The translations under genes were made by a program, and so were the position numbers. The notes under the pieces are model-generated. The model saw only the letters and a list, made by a program, of their open reading frames with translations, was not told the DNA's origin and ran no database searches. Positions 12,606 through 24,920 of a stretch of 64,000 nucleotides of DNA are shown here, piece by piece. The stretch's first letter is position 1, and every line of letters starts with the position of its first letter. Source of the DNA: Mobula hypostoma (Eukaryota); assembly GCF_963921235.1 (NCBI RefSeq), contig NC_086109.1, positions 15,998,001 through 16,062,000 of the forward strand, read 5' to 3'.

Positions 12606-13044
12606 TCGGGGTGATCTAGCTATGCATGGTCACACTGTGCAGATTTCCAATAAACCCTTCCCTACGGTGATAAATGATCTGATTTAATATGTATTTACCC
12701 TGAGTAAGAAATTCAAGGACAGGAGTAGACTGTTCGGACCCTCTCTATAGAGTTAGAATAAGAGTAAACATGGAAACAGCCCACCTGGTCCATGCTGGGC
12801 CCTCAATTATTGCCCTAGGGGGCTTCATGGCAACCTCTGAACTGATTCCACGACCTAAGTACTCATTTTCAAGGACTCTGCAACTCACGTTCTCACCATT
12901 ATTTGTTTATTTGTTTGCTTATTCGCTCACTTGTTTATCTATTTGTTTGTTGGTTTGCTGTTCATCTATTTATTTATTTGGAGGAAGAAGACTGGCAAGA
13001 TTCTTTGAGTGGATAATTTGAGAGAAGGTAGTTCTAAAAACTCT

Positions 13045-13415
13045 CACTTATCTCCTGCCCGCTTTTACTCCTTTTCCTTCCCACCCCCAGCTTTCTTATT
13101 CTGTCTTCTGGCCCCTTCCCTCCCAGTCCTGATGAAGGGTCTTGTCCAGAAACAAAAGCTGTTTATTCCCCTCCATAGATACTGCCTGGCCTGCCGAGTT
13201 CATCTTGCATTTTTGTTGCTCAAGGTTTCCAGCATCTGCAAGTTCTAGACACAAGAGATTGGAAAAGACGGGGGAAGAAGCCAGAACATGAAATTGGCAG
13301 GAGGGGAGGGAATTGATAGGTAAAACCAGATGAGGGGGAAGGTGGGTTGGTGAATAAACTCCTCCCCATAGACGCTGCCAGACCTGCTGAGTTTCCCCAG
13401 CATTTTGTGTATGTT
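13045..13415. mobile_element. Rearranged Penelope-like pLTR fragments in both orientations
   Basis: ccagtcctgatgaagggtc (degenerate hammerhead, ~13122-13160); gctgagtt...cagcattttgtgt motif; purine/pyrimidine tracts like 23110-23400. Confidence 0.6.
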
Positions 13416-15099
13416 TACCTGCAATATCTCTCGTTTTTATCATTCAGAAAATGGTCCAGATTTACATTTATGTTATATTCACCAGTTCTGAAGAAGGTGT
13501 CTGCATGTGGCGATCTCTCACTCTCTCTCACTTGCTGCTCCCAAGGGAAGGTCCTAGCATTCGAGTGGTCTCTCTCTCCCTCGTTGCCATCAGCGGATGG
13601 GTCCGGAGCAAGGTTTAATTGACGTGGATCGTAGATTTGGACTCTAATTCAGTTTGTGATGTTTTGTAATCTCTAGTTCAGGATCTGGTTGCTCTTTCGT
13701 TGCTACTTTTGGGTGTGTTTTGTTTTACGGCGGCCTGCAGATAATGAACACTGAGCTGAACTGCACTGGAATATGCCTTTTGATTTTGTGTTTTATATCC
13801 TGTGTTTTTCACTCATTTTTTTTGTTGTCTTTTGCATGATTTTTTTTGCCAACAGGGTTCGATGATTTTCTTTGAATGGATTGGTTTCATGGTTTTCCTT
13901 TGTTTCAGGACTGTCCGTGTGGAAGATGAATTTCAGGGTGTATACTGCATAGGTACTTTGATAGTAAATGAACTTTCAAGTTTGGAGACCCCTGGCCTAG
14001 GAAATAGTTTTTCCTACATCTACCCTTTCAAATCTCTTTACCTGAAGCCTCAGATCCTCTGTACTTCTCTTGTGGTCCTAGATGTTCGGCATTTTCAGTC
14101 CAGCTGTTGAGATTCTGACTGAGCTGATCAGGATAGAAGCTGAGAAGATGTTTCCCCGGTCAGGGAATGTAGAGGTATGGTACATGCTCACAGGATAGAA
14201 AGGTAGCCATTTATTACCACAAGATAGAAAAAGATTTCTCTCAGGGAGTTCTTTATCTTTGGAATTCTGTACCCCATAGAGCGGTGAATGCTGAATAATG
14301 AAGTCCATTTAGAAGAAAGAAAAAGTTGTGGACAGCAGATTAATTAAAAATTGTGAGGATGCAGGGAAGTGGAGATGCACGCAATGATTAGAACATAGAT
14401 CAGCATAGCACAGGAACATTGGCCCACAATGTTGTGCTGAACTTAGAGTGGCACGGTAGTGTAGCACTTGGCATGATGCTGACCTGAGTTCAATTCCCAC
14501 TGCGGTCTAGAAAGAGGAATTTATACATTCTCTCCATGACCACTTGGTTGCCTGTGGGTGCTCCAGTTTCCTTCCACGTTCCAAAGACGTATGGGTTAGT
14601 AGCATAATTGGTCAATGTGGAATTTCTGGGCCAGAAGGGCCTGTCACTGTGTTGTATCTCTAAATGAAAATAATGAGAATGGTAATCAAATGCCGACCAA
14701 ACGTATGCCTTCTGGCTACACAGTGTCCATATCCTTACATTTCATGTACATCAACACCAGAGATTCTGCAGATGCTGGAATTCCAGAGCAACACACACAA
14801 AATGCCGGAGGAACTCGGAGGGTTAGTCAGCATCTACAGAAAGGAATAAACTGTCGGCAGTTTGGCCGTGATCCTTCATCAGGACACTCATATAAAAATG
14901 AGTTTCTACAGTCTTCCTGTGACCACATGGGTTTCCTCCAGATGCTCTGGTTTCCTCCCACATGCCAAAGACGTATGGGTTAGTAGATGAATTGATCACT
15001 TGGGTTTAGTGGGTGGTGTGGGCTCGTTCGTTGAGAAAGGGCTGCTATCATGCTGTATCTTGAAATAAAATAAAATATTAGAATTGTTAATCAGAGGCC

Positions 15100-15762
15100 T
15101 ACTAAATATCCATGTGCCTAACTAGGAGTCTCTTAAACCCATCTCTTGTGTTGGCATGTACCACCACCCAGGCTGTTTAAAAACTTACCCCACAAAATTC
15201 CTTTGAAGCTACCCCCTCGCACCTTAAATGAATGCCCTCAAGTTTTAGATATCTCAATCCTGTGAAAAAGGTAGTGGTTCCCTGCTCTGTCTATGCCTGT
15301 CATTACTTTATAAACCTCTATCAGACCTCCTCGCAGCCTCTGCTGCTCCAGAGAAAACAAGCATACAACAATTACAGCACGGAAACAGGCCATCTCGGCC
15401 CTTCTAGTCCATGCCGAACGCTTACTTTCACCTAGTCCCACTGACCTGCACTCAGCTCATAACCCTCCATTCCTTTCCTGTTCATATATATCTATCCAAT
15501 TTAACTTTAAACGACAACATCGAACCTGCCTCAACCATTTCTGCTGGAAGCTTGTTCCACACAGCTACCACTCTCTGAGTAAAGAAGTTCCCCCTCATGT
15601 TACCCCTAAACTTTTACCCTTTAACTCTCAACTAATGTCCTCTTGTTTGAATCTCCCCTACTCTCAATGGAAAACGCCTATCCACGTCAACTCTATCTAT
15701 CCCCCTCATAATTTTAAATACCTCTATCAAGTCCCCCCTCAACCTTTTACGTTCCAAAGAAT
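15100..15762 (-). mobile_element. Two adjacent/nested CR1 3' fragments
   Basis: LFSLEQQRLRGGLIEVYKVMTGIDR and YSLERKRLRGDLIEVFKIMRGIDRVD; the 3' UTR of the second matches the short copy at 60540-60700. Confidence 0.75.
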
Positions 15763-16762
15763 AGATTAGATCATTCTTCACTTTAGTGAATGGTGGTACA
15801 GGCTTAGGCCCTAAGACGGTAAGACAAAAGACCGTAAGCCATTCAGGCCATTGAGTCGGCTTCGCCATTCCATGATAGCTGATCCCAGATCCCACTCAAC
15901 CCCATAGACCTCCCTTCTAGCAATATCCTTTGATTGAAGGCTTGAGGGCCTCTGCTCCATTTTCTTCCCTCCTGAGCCTGGGCCCCGCTCAGAGCAGTTC
16001 AGAATCTAGCATTTTTGGTGGCATATCTATTTATTTTATTTAGAGGCACAGCATGGTAACTGGCCTTTCTGGCCCACTGAGCCCATGCTGACCACTACAC
16101 CCATGAGACGGATTAACCTGACAAGGCATACGTTTTTAGAGTGTGTGAGGAAACCGGAGCACCCAGAGGAAATCCACGTAGTCATGGGGAGAATGTTCAA
16201 ACTCCTTAAAGGCTGTGACGGAATTAAACCTTGGTTGCTGGCGCTGAAGTTGCGTTACAGTGATCTCTACATTACTGCGCGACCCGGGTAGTGTAGCTTC
16301 TCACAGGGAATGACAAGCTGGAGAGGGTGCCGTTAATAGTGAAGAAGTGAGGTTTGGGCTTAATTTACCTCGTTCCAATCCAGCTTTGATGTATACTCAT
16401 CAGGGGGTCCTTAACCTCAGTACTGAATTGGCACCGTGGCTCACTTTTGGGGACTTAGAGGTTAACGTTCTGTTTATTTTTGTTTACGTTTTTATTATTT
16501 GCATGATTTGTTCTGTTTTTTGCACATCAGGTGTTTGACGGCCTTTGTTGTGTGGTTTTGTGTTTTTTAAATGGGTTTTAGAACTTAATAGAAGAGTAAG
16601 CCCAGGAACAGGCCATTTGGCCCATAATGTTGTGCTGAACCAACTAAAAAGCAAATTAAAAACACCCAAACTCTGATCTCTCTTATCTTCACCATGTCCT
16701 TATCCCTCCATTTTCCTTACATCTTTGTGCATATCCAAATGTCTCTTAAAAGCCTCCAATCT

Positions 16763-17360
16763 TGTCACAGTCCCGACCGTTGATTCCTCATATTCTCCTA
16801 ATTCCCTTTTCCCCCATGTCCTCCCGGGCTCCTTGATTGTGACACACCTGATTCTCATCTAAACCTGCAGCATAATTACCCCGGCTTTGCATTCACTCAT
16901 CGCCAGATCGTTGTTTCAGCCAGTGTGGTAATTCACGTTCCCAGCTGCTTAGGATTGTGTATTCTAAGTTTCACTTCAGTACTGAGGTTTGCCTGTGTAA
17001 CTCTGTCTCTCTGTGTCAAAAGAAGTATTGCCGGCCGCCGGCCTTTCCGTTTGCCACTCAGCTCCACCAATGCTCCGTGTCAAGGTAAAGGATTGCCGGC
17101 CGCTTGCCTTGCCTGCCGTTCTCCTCAAGCCACGTTCGCAGCCTGCTCTGCATCCCTGCTCTACCTCAATCAGCTGCCCGCCTGCACTGTCCGTTGGCTC
17201 AGTGGGTAAACGCCACGCTCTCACTGCAATGACCCAGGTTCGATCCCCGGTCAAGCCTCACTCGCTCCCGGCCTTCCCTGCAACCGATAATAAACACTCT
17301 TTAGATTACTCTACCTCCGTGTCAGTGTCCTGCGTTCGGGTTCACCCATTCGCCACAACA
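16763..17360 (+). mobile_element. Solo LTR (598 bp) with 5-bp TSD, inserted in a CR1 fragment
   Basis: TG...CA termini (TGTCAC...ACAACA); AATCT at 16758-16762 and 17361-17365; AATAAA at ~17289; the flanks rejoin as CR1(-) aaagcctccaatctgttagcc. Confidence 0.82.
17190..17255 (+). pseudogene. tRNA-Glu(CTC)-derived sequence inside the solo LTR
   Basis: A-box TGGCTCAGTGG, anticodon loop CTCTCAC, B-box GGTTCGATCCC; cgctctcactgcaatgacccaggttcgatccccggtca resembles vertebrate tRNA-Glu CGCTCTCACCGCCGCGGCCCGGGTTCGATTCCCGGTCA; acceptor and anticodon stems are imperfect. Confidence 0.7.
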
Positions 17361-17692
17361 AATCTGTTAGCCTCGACCATCATAGCAGGCAGTGCATTCC
17401 AGGCATCCATGACTCTCTGAATAAAAAACTTACCCCTCACGTCCACTTTGAACCTAGGCCCTCTCACTTTCAATGCACGCTTGATTGTGGTTGTTTGTTT
17501 TGTGGCTGCCTGGGAGAAGATGAATCTCAAGTTTGTATACAGCATACACACTTTGAACTTTAACCACACCCCAGCCCAAGCCGGTTTTGCACACTCAGAG
17601 CTGTCCATTTGGAACTGGCCTCTGAATACTCAGAATGAGTATATTGATAATATCTCAACTATGGAACAGTCAATCATTGGAATGTGCACTTA

Positions 17693-18968
17693 ATGTCTGA
17701 CGAATCTCATAGAATTTTTTGAGGATGTAACTAGTAGAGTGGATAGGGGAGAACCAGTGGATGTGGTATATTTGGATTTTCAAAAGGCTTTTGACAAGGT
17801 CCCACACAGGAGATTAGTGTGCAAACTTAAAGCACATGGTATTGGGGGTAAGGTATTGGTGTGGGTGGAGAATTGGTTAGCAGACAGGAAGCAAAGAGTG
17901 GGAATAAACGGGACCTTTTCAGAATGGCAGGCGGTGACTAGTGGGGTACCGCAAGGGTCAGTGCTGGGACCCCAGTTGTTTACAATATATATTAATGACT
18001 TGGATGAGGGAATTAAATGCAGCATCTCCAAGTTTGCGGATGACACGAAGCTGGGTGGCAGTGTTAGCAGTGAGGAGGATGCTAAGAGGATGCAGGGTGA
18101 CTTGGATAGGTTGGGTGAGTGGGCAAACTCATGGCAGATGCAATTTAATGTGGATAAATGTGAAGTTATCCACTTTGGTGGCAAAAATAGGAAAACAGAT
18201 TATTATCTGAATGGTGGCCGATTAGGAAAAGGGGAGGTGCAACGAGACCTGGGTGTCATTATACACCAGTCATTGAAAGTGGGCATGCAGGTACAGCAGG
18301 CGGTGAAAAAGGCGAACGGTATGCTGGCATTTATAGCGAGAGGATTCGAGTACAGGAGCAGGGAGGTACTACTGCAGTTGTACAAGGCCTTGGTGAGACC
18401 ACACCTGGAGTATTGTGTGCAGTTTTGGTCCCCTAATCTGAGGAAAGACATCCTTGCCATAGAGGGAGTACAAAGAAGGTTCACCAGATTGATTCCTGGG
18501 ATGGCAGGTCTTTCATATGAAGAAAGACTGGATGAACTGGGCTTGTACTCGTTGGAATTTAGAAGATTGAGGGGGGATCTGATTGAAACGTATAAGATCC
18601 TAAAGGGATTGGACAGGCTAGATGCGGGAAGATTGTTCCCGATGTTGGGGAGGTCTAGAACGAGGGGTCACAGTTTGAGGATAGAGGGGAAGCCTTTTAG
18701 GACCGAGGTTAGGAAAAACTTCTTCACACAGAGAGTGGTGAATCTGTGGAATTCTCTGCCACAGCAAACTGTTGAGGCCAGTTCATTAGCTATGTTTAAA
18801 AGGAAGTTAGATATGGCCCTTGTGGCTACAGGGGTCACGGGGTATGGAGGGAAGGCTGGGTTCTGAGTTGGATGATCAGCCATGATCATAATAAATGGCG
18901 GTGCAGGCTCGAAGGGCCGAATGGCCTACTCCTGCACCTATTTTCTATGTTTCTATGTTTCTATGTTT
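17693..18968 (+). mobile_element. Young 5'-truncated CR1 (HER1-like) LINE; open RT frame 17739-18866
   Basis: Uninterrupted DVVYLDFQKAFDKVPH, GVPQGSVLGP, YINDLD, KFADDTKLGG, LYKALVRPHLEYC, NLWNSLP; (TTTCTATG)n tail. Confidence 0.95.
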
Positions 18969-20379
18969 AACAATCACTCGGAATTGCTGGCTGTTACTTT
19001 TAGTGGGTGGAATTTCCCAAGCAAATGTAAGACTAGTGTCTGAGTCTGTTCGATCTTCATTTGGCTGACCGCTTCCAATTTTGTAAATGTAGCTTTCCTT
19101 CCAATAAAGCAAAACACCCCGAGATACTTAACATGAATTCTATTAGATAAAATAGGAAGAAAGAGAGGCTTATGGCATATTAGCTGAAGATACAACTGCT
19201 GAAGTAACATGATGCTGGACATAAGCCAGAGCTCCAAGTTGGAAGGACATGGAAAAAGGTTCAGCCATGAGGAGGTTAGTGAAAGACGGCAAGGTTTGTA
19301 CTGAGGAGTTCAAAACTGAGTCATTATCCAGGTTCTTCAGCAAGCTGCAAACCACAGTATCTAAGGAAGCCCATTTTCTACATATTGGTGGTTGATTAAT
19401 CGCTGTGTTGAATTGAATGCCAGGAAATTGACAGCATCACTGAAGAAACGTTTTAATACAATTAACTGTAGGCTGTAACGTTCTTCTTAGGCCTGCTCAA
19501 AGCATGGCAGGAAAATTAGATGGGGAGATAAGCTAGCTGACATCTGGTGTTGTACATCATCATCACTTTCACAATCATTCACCTACGACTTATAGTCATT
19601 AAACAGATGACCAATCTGAAAATCAGCTTCTGTGTTCTAAATAATAGCTATACCAATGGTATATAATGTATATACCAATGTGGTATATACAGAGTTTACC
19701 CCAAATTTGCGATGGACAATGACAAAAGTCTTGAGTAATTAGTGAAATTGGGACGGTTCCTCAAAGAACAGAGAAGCTTAAAATGAGACTTCGTAGTTGT
19801 ACTCAAAATCTTGAAATCAGAGGAAGAAGGTAACGCGAGGATATGGGGCAAAGATTGATGAACGTGCACAGCCTTGTTCCCAGGGCTGGGAAATCAAGAC
19901 CTGGAGAGCACAGGTTTAAGGTGAGAGGGGGAAAGTTTAATAGAAAACTGAGAGGCAACCCTTTGCGCAAACTATACGGTACAAGCTGCCAGGTGAAGTG
20001 GTTGAGAAAGGTACATTAGTAACAGTTGAAAGGAATTTGGACAGGTACATGAATAAGAAAAGCATAGAGGAATATGGGCCAATATGGGCAAATGGGATGG
20101 GCTGAGATGGGAACCATAGTCAGCGAGGATCAATTGAGCCAGAGGGCCTGTTTCTGTGATGTATTTCTCTATGACTTTATGACCTAGAAAACTTGTGCAT
20201 AAGTTGATACAATAATATATTTCTTGAGGGAACTGGAAAAGTATTTAAAGTTCAGGCCCAGATGAAAAAATAGATGAATCAATCAAATGGATAACACTCT
20301 TCTGCTCAACAAGTTGGGCTTGTAATAGCGGACAACAGTTAAGCAATCAACTTACACACTTAAGGTGAAACAGTTATGA

Positions 20380-20722
20380 TGAAAGGTGTTGATAGAGTGG
20401 ACGTGAGAGGATGTTTCCAATGGTGGGAAAATCTAAAAGCAGAGGACACAGCCTCAGAATAGAGAAGCTTCCTTTTAGAATGGAGATGGGGAATTTCTTT
20501 AGACGGAGGGAATTTATTTTGCCACAGGCAGCTTTAGAGGCCAAGTCTTTATGTATATTTAAGGCAGAGGTTGATAGATTCTTGATTGGTCAGGGCATGA
20601 AGGGATGCGGGGAAAAGGCGGGAGATTGGGGCAGAGAGGAAAATTGGACCAGCCATGACGAATTGGCAGAGCAGACTCGATGGGCCAGATGGCCTAATTC
20701 TACTCCTATGTATTATGGTCTT
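20380..20722 (+). mobile_element. CR1 3' fragment (another older one at ~19760-20185)
   Basis: MFPMVGKSKSRGHSLRIE...FKAEVDRFLIGQG; CR1 3' UTR ending ctatgtattatggtctt. Confidence 0.78.
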
Positions 20723-22987
20723 ACACTTTTGTATACCTATTTTATTGCTTTGTTTGACAAATGATTTTTCTTTCAGATTGATTAGGCCATCAGTCACAAT
20801 ACTACGCAATTTATTTTAAATTTAAACTCTCGTGAAGGTGTAATTGATAAAGTTGTAGAACATACTAGGAGAAATTGGCAGTAAAAGTTGACTCTAAGTA
20901 GTGTGCGTTCAGTTTTAAATGCTAGTGGGTCATGAAAACTTGAAGGGCATTCTGCTTTCCAGGAAAGACAACATAATACTAGGGGAACACCATTAGTCCA
21001 CCACAGAAGAAGTGCCCTGCAGAACTCCAACTGTTCCTCCAGTGCCTATAAAATCTAACTGTCTAGAGATCAATTAGAGGGCAGACGGGTCCCTGTAAAT
21101 TGGTGAACTGTGAATTGATTGTTCCTCCCCGAAAGCCAAAGGAAAAAAAATGTAGGAATTGATAGGCTTTCTTCATCTTCCTTATCACATTTTTAAGTAT
21201 AATTTGTATAAAGTTTGATGTAAAATCTAAGAACCTTTCGGCACTGCTCACCCCATTGCACCTTTGCAGCCTTTTGAGTGGGAACTATCCAATTAGTCTG
21301 ATTCCCCTGCTCTTTCTCTCTGGACCTACATTTATTTTTCTCCTTCAAGTAGTTATCCAATTTCCTTTTCCAGGGCTACTGTTGAACCTGCTTCTACCTT
21401 GCTTCCAGGCAATGTATTCTGGAGCTGAGCAACTCAATGCATGAGAGAAAGCCTTCTAATCTCCCATCTGGTTCCTCTGCCAATTACCATAATTCTGTGT
21501 TTCCCTGGTTAATGACCCTCTAGACATCCGCAGTGTGACAGACAGGCACCTGAGTACAACATTGTCAGTGCTGCTGGGCCGCCACTTTATTCAGCAATTT
21601 TTCTCATTTCTCTCTTCGCCTTTCTTGTGCTCCGTGCAGGATGTCAGAATCCACATCACCCAACCATTGCTTCACTTCAGCCCCAATGACATCCTTGGCT
21701 TTTGAGCTCTAGTCAAATAATGAGATAAATCCAGCTGAACCGTGGCACAAGGAGCTGGCATATCTCCTGCACTGAACCGACTGATAGAAGTCTACCTGGT
21801 GTCAGACCTTCAATTCAGGGTGCCTTGGTGCCATGTGCCCAATTATTCCCACCATGCTGACAGATGCAGCAGAACACCAACGAGAGGTAACCTGGAGGTG
21901 GCACTTGCCATGCCAGTATAATGACATTTAAATGGGACATGGATAGGAAAGACTTAGAGGGGTATGGGCTAAATGCAGGCAAATGGAAGTAGCTTATGGC
22001 CATCTCAAAACATGCAATGAAATGGGTTGCTGGCCTGAAAACAAATCGGTGAGGATTGCGCTATGTAGCTTGCAAGTATCACCGCGCTTCCAGCAGCAGC
22101 ATAGTCTGCCCTTAACTGACTTACCCTAACCTTGGAATTTTATCTTTTAAGGTGGATGGAAAGCGGAGCACCCAGAAGAAACCCAGTGGTTATGGGTCGA
22201 ACATACAAACTCTTTACAGACAGCAGCATAAATTGAACCATGATCGGTGAACGCTGGTGCTGAGCACTGCACTAGGCACCACGTTACCGTGCCTTGGTCA
22301 GCATGGACAAATTTCGCTGAATAACCTGTTTCCATGCTGTATTACTCAATGAATCAATAACTCCAAATTTCAGATTGAATATGTTCTTGCCAGCTTGTTA
22401 TTGCCTTAAATTAGCTGATTTCTGCGTTCTGTTACTGTTTTACATTGTACTACCTCAATGCACTGTTACTGGTCTGTATGAACAGTATGCAAGACAAGCT
22501 TTTCATTTTTTTTTCATTACATATGGCAGTAATAAAAATATTTCAATTCCAATTTCAACAGAGATCAATTCCCATTCACCTCCATCACGAGACACAAGAG
22601 ACTGCAGAAGCTGGAATCTGGAGCAGCAGTCAATCTGTTGGAGGAACTCAATGAGTCAAGCAGCATCTGGGGGAGAAAAGGAATTGTTGGCATTGTGATG
22701 GATATTCACTTCCTGGGCCAGGGGGCACTTTTGGTTTTTCGCAAAGCTCACTTTCTAAACAGAGAAGCTGCCTCTTGTTTTAAGCAAACAGTCATAAGTA
22801 AACTTCCAACTAATAGTCCTTTGTTTAGCTTCTGGTCATAAATGGGAGTTAGTCTTTAGTTCTTAAAATGTAAGTGGAAAGCTGTAGACAATTTGACGTT
22901 TGAAAACACAGCTTTGCAAAACAAGTTCTGCACTTGGTGTATAGCTGCTCACGGAGGTGCATTACAAGACAATGGGTTATTTAATTT

Positions 22988-24738
22988 CAAACAAGAGAAA
23001 ATCTACAGATGCTGGAAATCCAAGCAACACACACAAAATGCCGGAGGAACTCAGCAGGCCAGGCGGCATCTAAGGAAAAAAGTACAGTCGGCATTTTGGG
23101 CCAAGACCCTTCAGTGGGACTGGAGAAAAAAAGATGAGGAGTAGACAAAAGGTTGGGGAGAGGAGAGAGAAGCACAAGGTGGTAGGTGAAATCGAGAGGG
23201 GGAGGGACGAAGTAAAGAGCCGGGAAGTTGATTGGTGAAAGAGATACAGGGCTGGAGAAACGGGAGTGCGATAGGAGAGAACATAAGGCCATGGAAGAAA
23301 GAAAAGGGGGGAGGAGCACCAGAGGGAGGCAATGGGCAGGCAAGGAGATAAGGTGAGAGGGGGGAAAAGGGGGTGGGGAATGGTGAAGGGCGGGGGGCCA
23401 TTACTGGAAGTTCGAGAAATCAATGTGTGCCAACAGGATGGAGGCTACTCAAACGGAACATAAGGTGTTGCTCCTCCAAACTGAGTGTGCCCTCATTGCG
23501 ACAGTAGAGGAGGCCATGGATTGACAAATCGGAATGGGAATGGGAAAGGGAAGTGGAATTAAAATGGGTGGCCACCGGGAGATCCCACTTCTTCTGGCGG
23601 ATGGAGAGTAGGTGCTTGGTGAAACGGTGTCCCAGTCTACGTCAGTTCTCACCGATATATAGAAAGCCACAGCGGGAGCAACGGACACAGTATATGTCTC
23701 CAACAGACTCACAGGTGAAGTGTTGTCTCACCAGGAAGGACTGTTTTGGGGCCCTGAATGGTAGTGAGGGAGGAGGTGTAGAGGCAGGTGTAGCACTTGT
23801 TCCGCTTGCAAGGATAAGTGCCAGGAGGGAGATCAGTAGGGAGGGATGAATGGACAAGGGAGTTGTGTACGGAGCAATCCCTGTGGAAAGCAGGAAGTGG
23901 GCAGGGTGGGGAAAATGTGTTTCGTGGTAGGATCCCATTGGAGATGACAGACGTTCTGGAGAAATATGTGCTGGACATGGAGGCTGGTGGAGTGATGGGT
24001 GAGGGCAAGAGGAACCCTATTCCTGATAGGGTGGTGGGAGGATGGGGTAAGAGCAGACATGTGTGAAATGGAAAAGAGCGGTTGAGGGCATTGTTGATAG
24101 TGGAGGAAGGGAAGCTGTTTCCCAAGATGGAAACAGTGAGATTGAGAAAGGGGAAGGAGATGTTGGAAATGGACCGGGTAAATTTGAGGGCAGGATGGAA
24201 GTTGGAGGCAAAGTTGATGAAGTTGACGAGCTCAGGATGGGTGCAGGAAGCAGCGTCAATGCAGTCATCGATGCGGTGTAGGAAAAGTGGAGGAGTGACA
24301 ACAATGCAGGCTTGGAACGTAGACTATTCTATGTAGCCAACAAAAAGGCAGGCACCAAGTACCTATGGCTACACTTTTTGTTTGAAGAAAGTGGGAGGAG
24401 CCAAAGGGTATCCCCTTGCCTGTCTATCACCTCTCTCTGGTGTTCCTCCCCCCTTTTCTTTCTTCCATGTCCTTCCGTTCTTTCCTATCGGACTCCCCCT
24501 TCTCCAGCCCTGTATCTCTTTCACCAACCAATTTCCCAGCTCTTTACTTCATCCCTCCACCTCCTGATTTCACCTATCACCTTGTGTTTCTTTCTCCCCT
24601 CCCCTACCTTTTAAATCTATTCCTCATCTTATTTTCTCCAGTCCTGCTGAAGGGTCTCGGCCCGAAATGTCGACTGTACTTTTTTCCATAGATGCTGCCT
24701 AGCCTGCTGAGTTCCTCCAGCATTTTGTGTATGTTGCT
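22988..24738 (-). mobile_element. Penelope-like element: partial RT + GIY-YIG endonuclease + pLTR, with an inverted pLTR copy at the truncated end
   Basis: Minus strand ACLFVGYIE, LFLHRIDDCIDAAS (decayed YIDD), NFHPALKFT, CKRNKCYTC, DIYCVRCSRCGFLYIGE (GIY-YIG); 24410-24738 is an inverted copy of ~23025-23390; possible decayed TSD tgggttatttaattt / tgggttacctcattt. Confidence 0.88.
24639..24676 (+). ncRNA. Hammerhead motif with variant core (CUGCUGA) in Penelope pLTR
   Basis: CAGUC-CUGCUGA-AGGG(UCUCGG)CCC-GAAA-U-GUC^GACUG; stems I and II intact, A6 replaced by C. Confidence 0.55.
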
Positions 24739-24920
24739 TGGGTTACCTCATTTGGCTTGTTTCAAAACAGATAATGTTGACTAAGTTGTTTAGTTTAAGC
24801 AAGCTTGCACACCAGATAGATAATATCATTCAGCATATCAATAACTGATCTATTAACATTGGAAATTAGCTTTACAGCATTAGTGATAAGTAGCTGAAAT
24901 CTGTGTTTCCAAAAAAGCTT

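Noticed and set aside
17190..17255. Functional tRNA-Glu gene
   Set aside because: Acceptor and anticodon stems do not pair properly and there is no downstream oligo-T terminator; kept only as a tRNA-derived sequence.
17739..18866. 375-aa open RT ORF (also 40621-41526 and 29294-30076) as a functional gene, retron or other RT system
   Set aside because: These are 5'-truncated CR1 ORF2 pieces with a CR1 tail, no endonuclease and no native start; the frames are open because the copies are young.
19150..19400. Purine-rich open stretch as a host exon (also 7680-8460, 36850-37300, 54150-54520)
   Set aside because: No recognisable protein similarity or convincing splice-site pair; left unannotated, though small exons cannot be excluded without RNA-seq.
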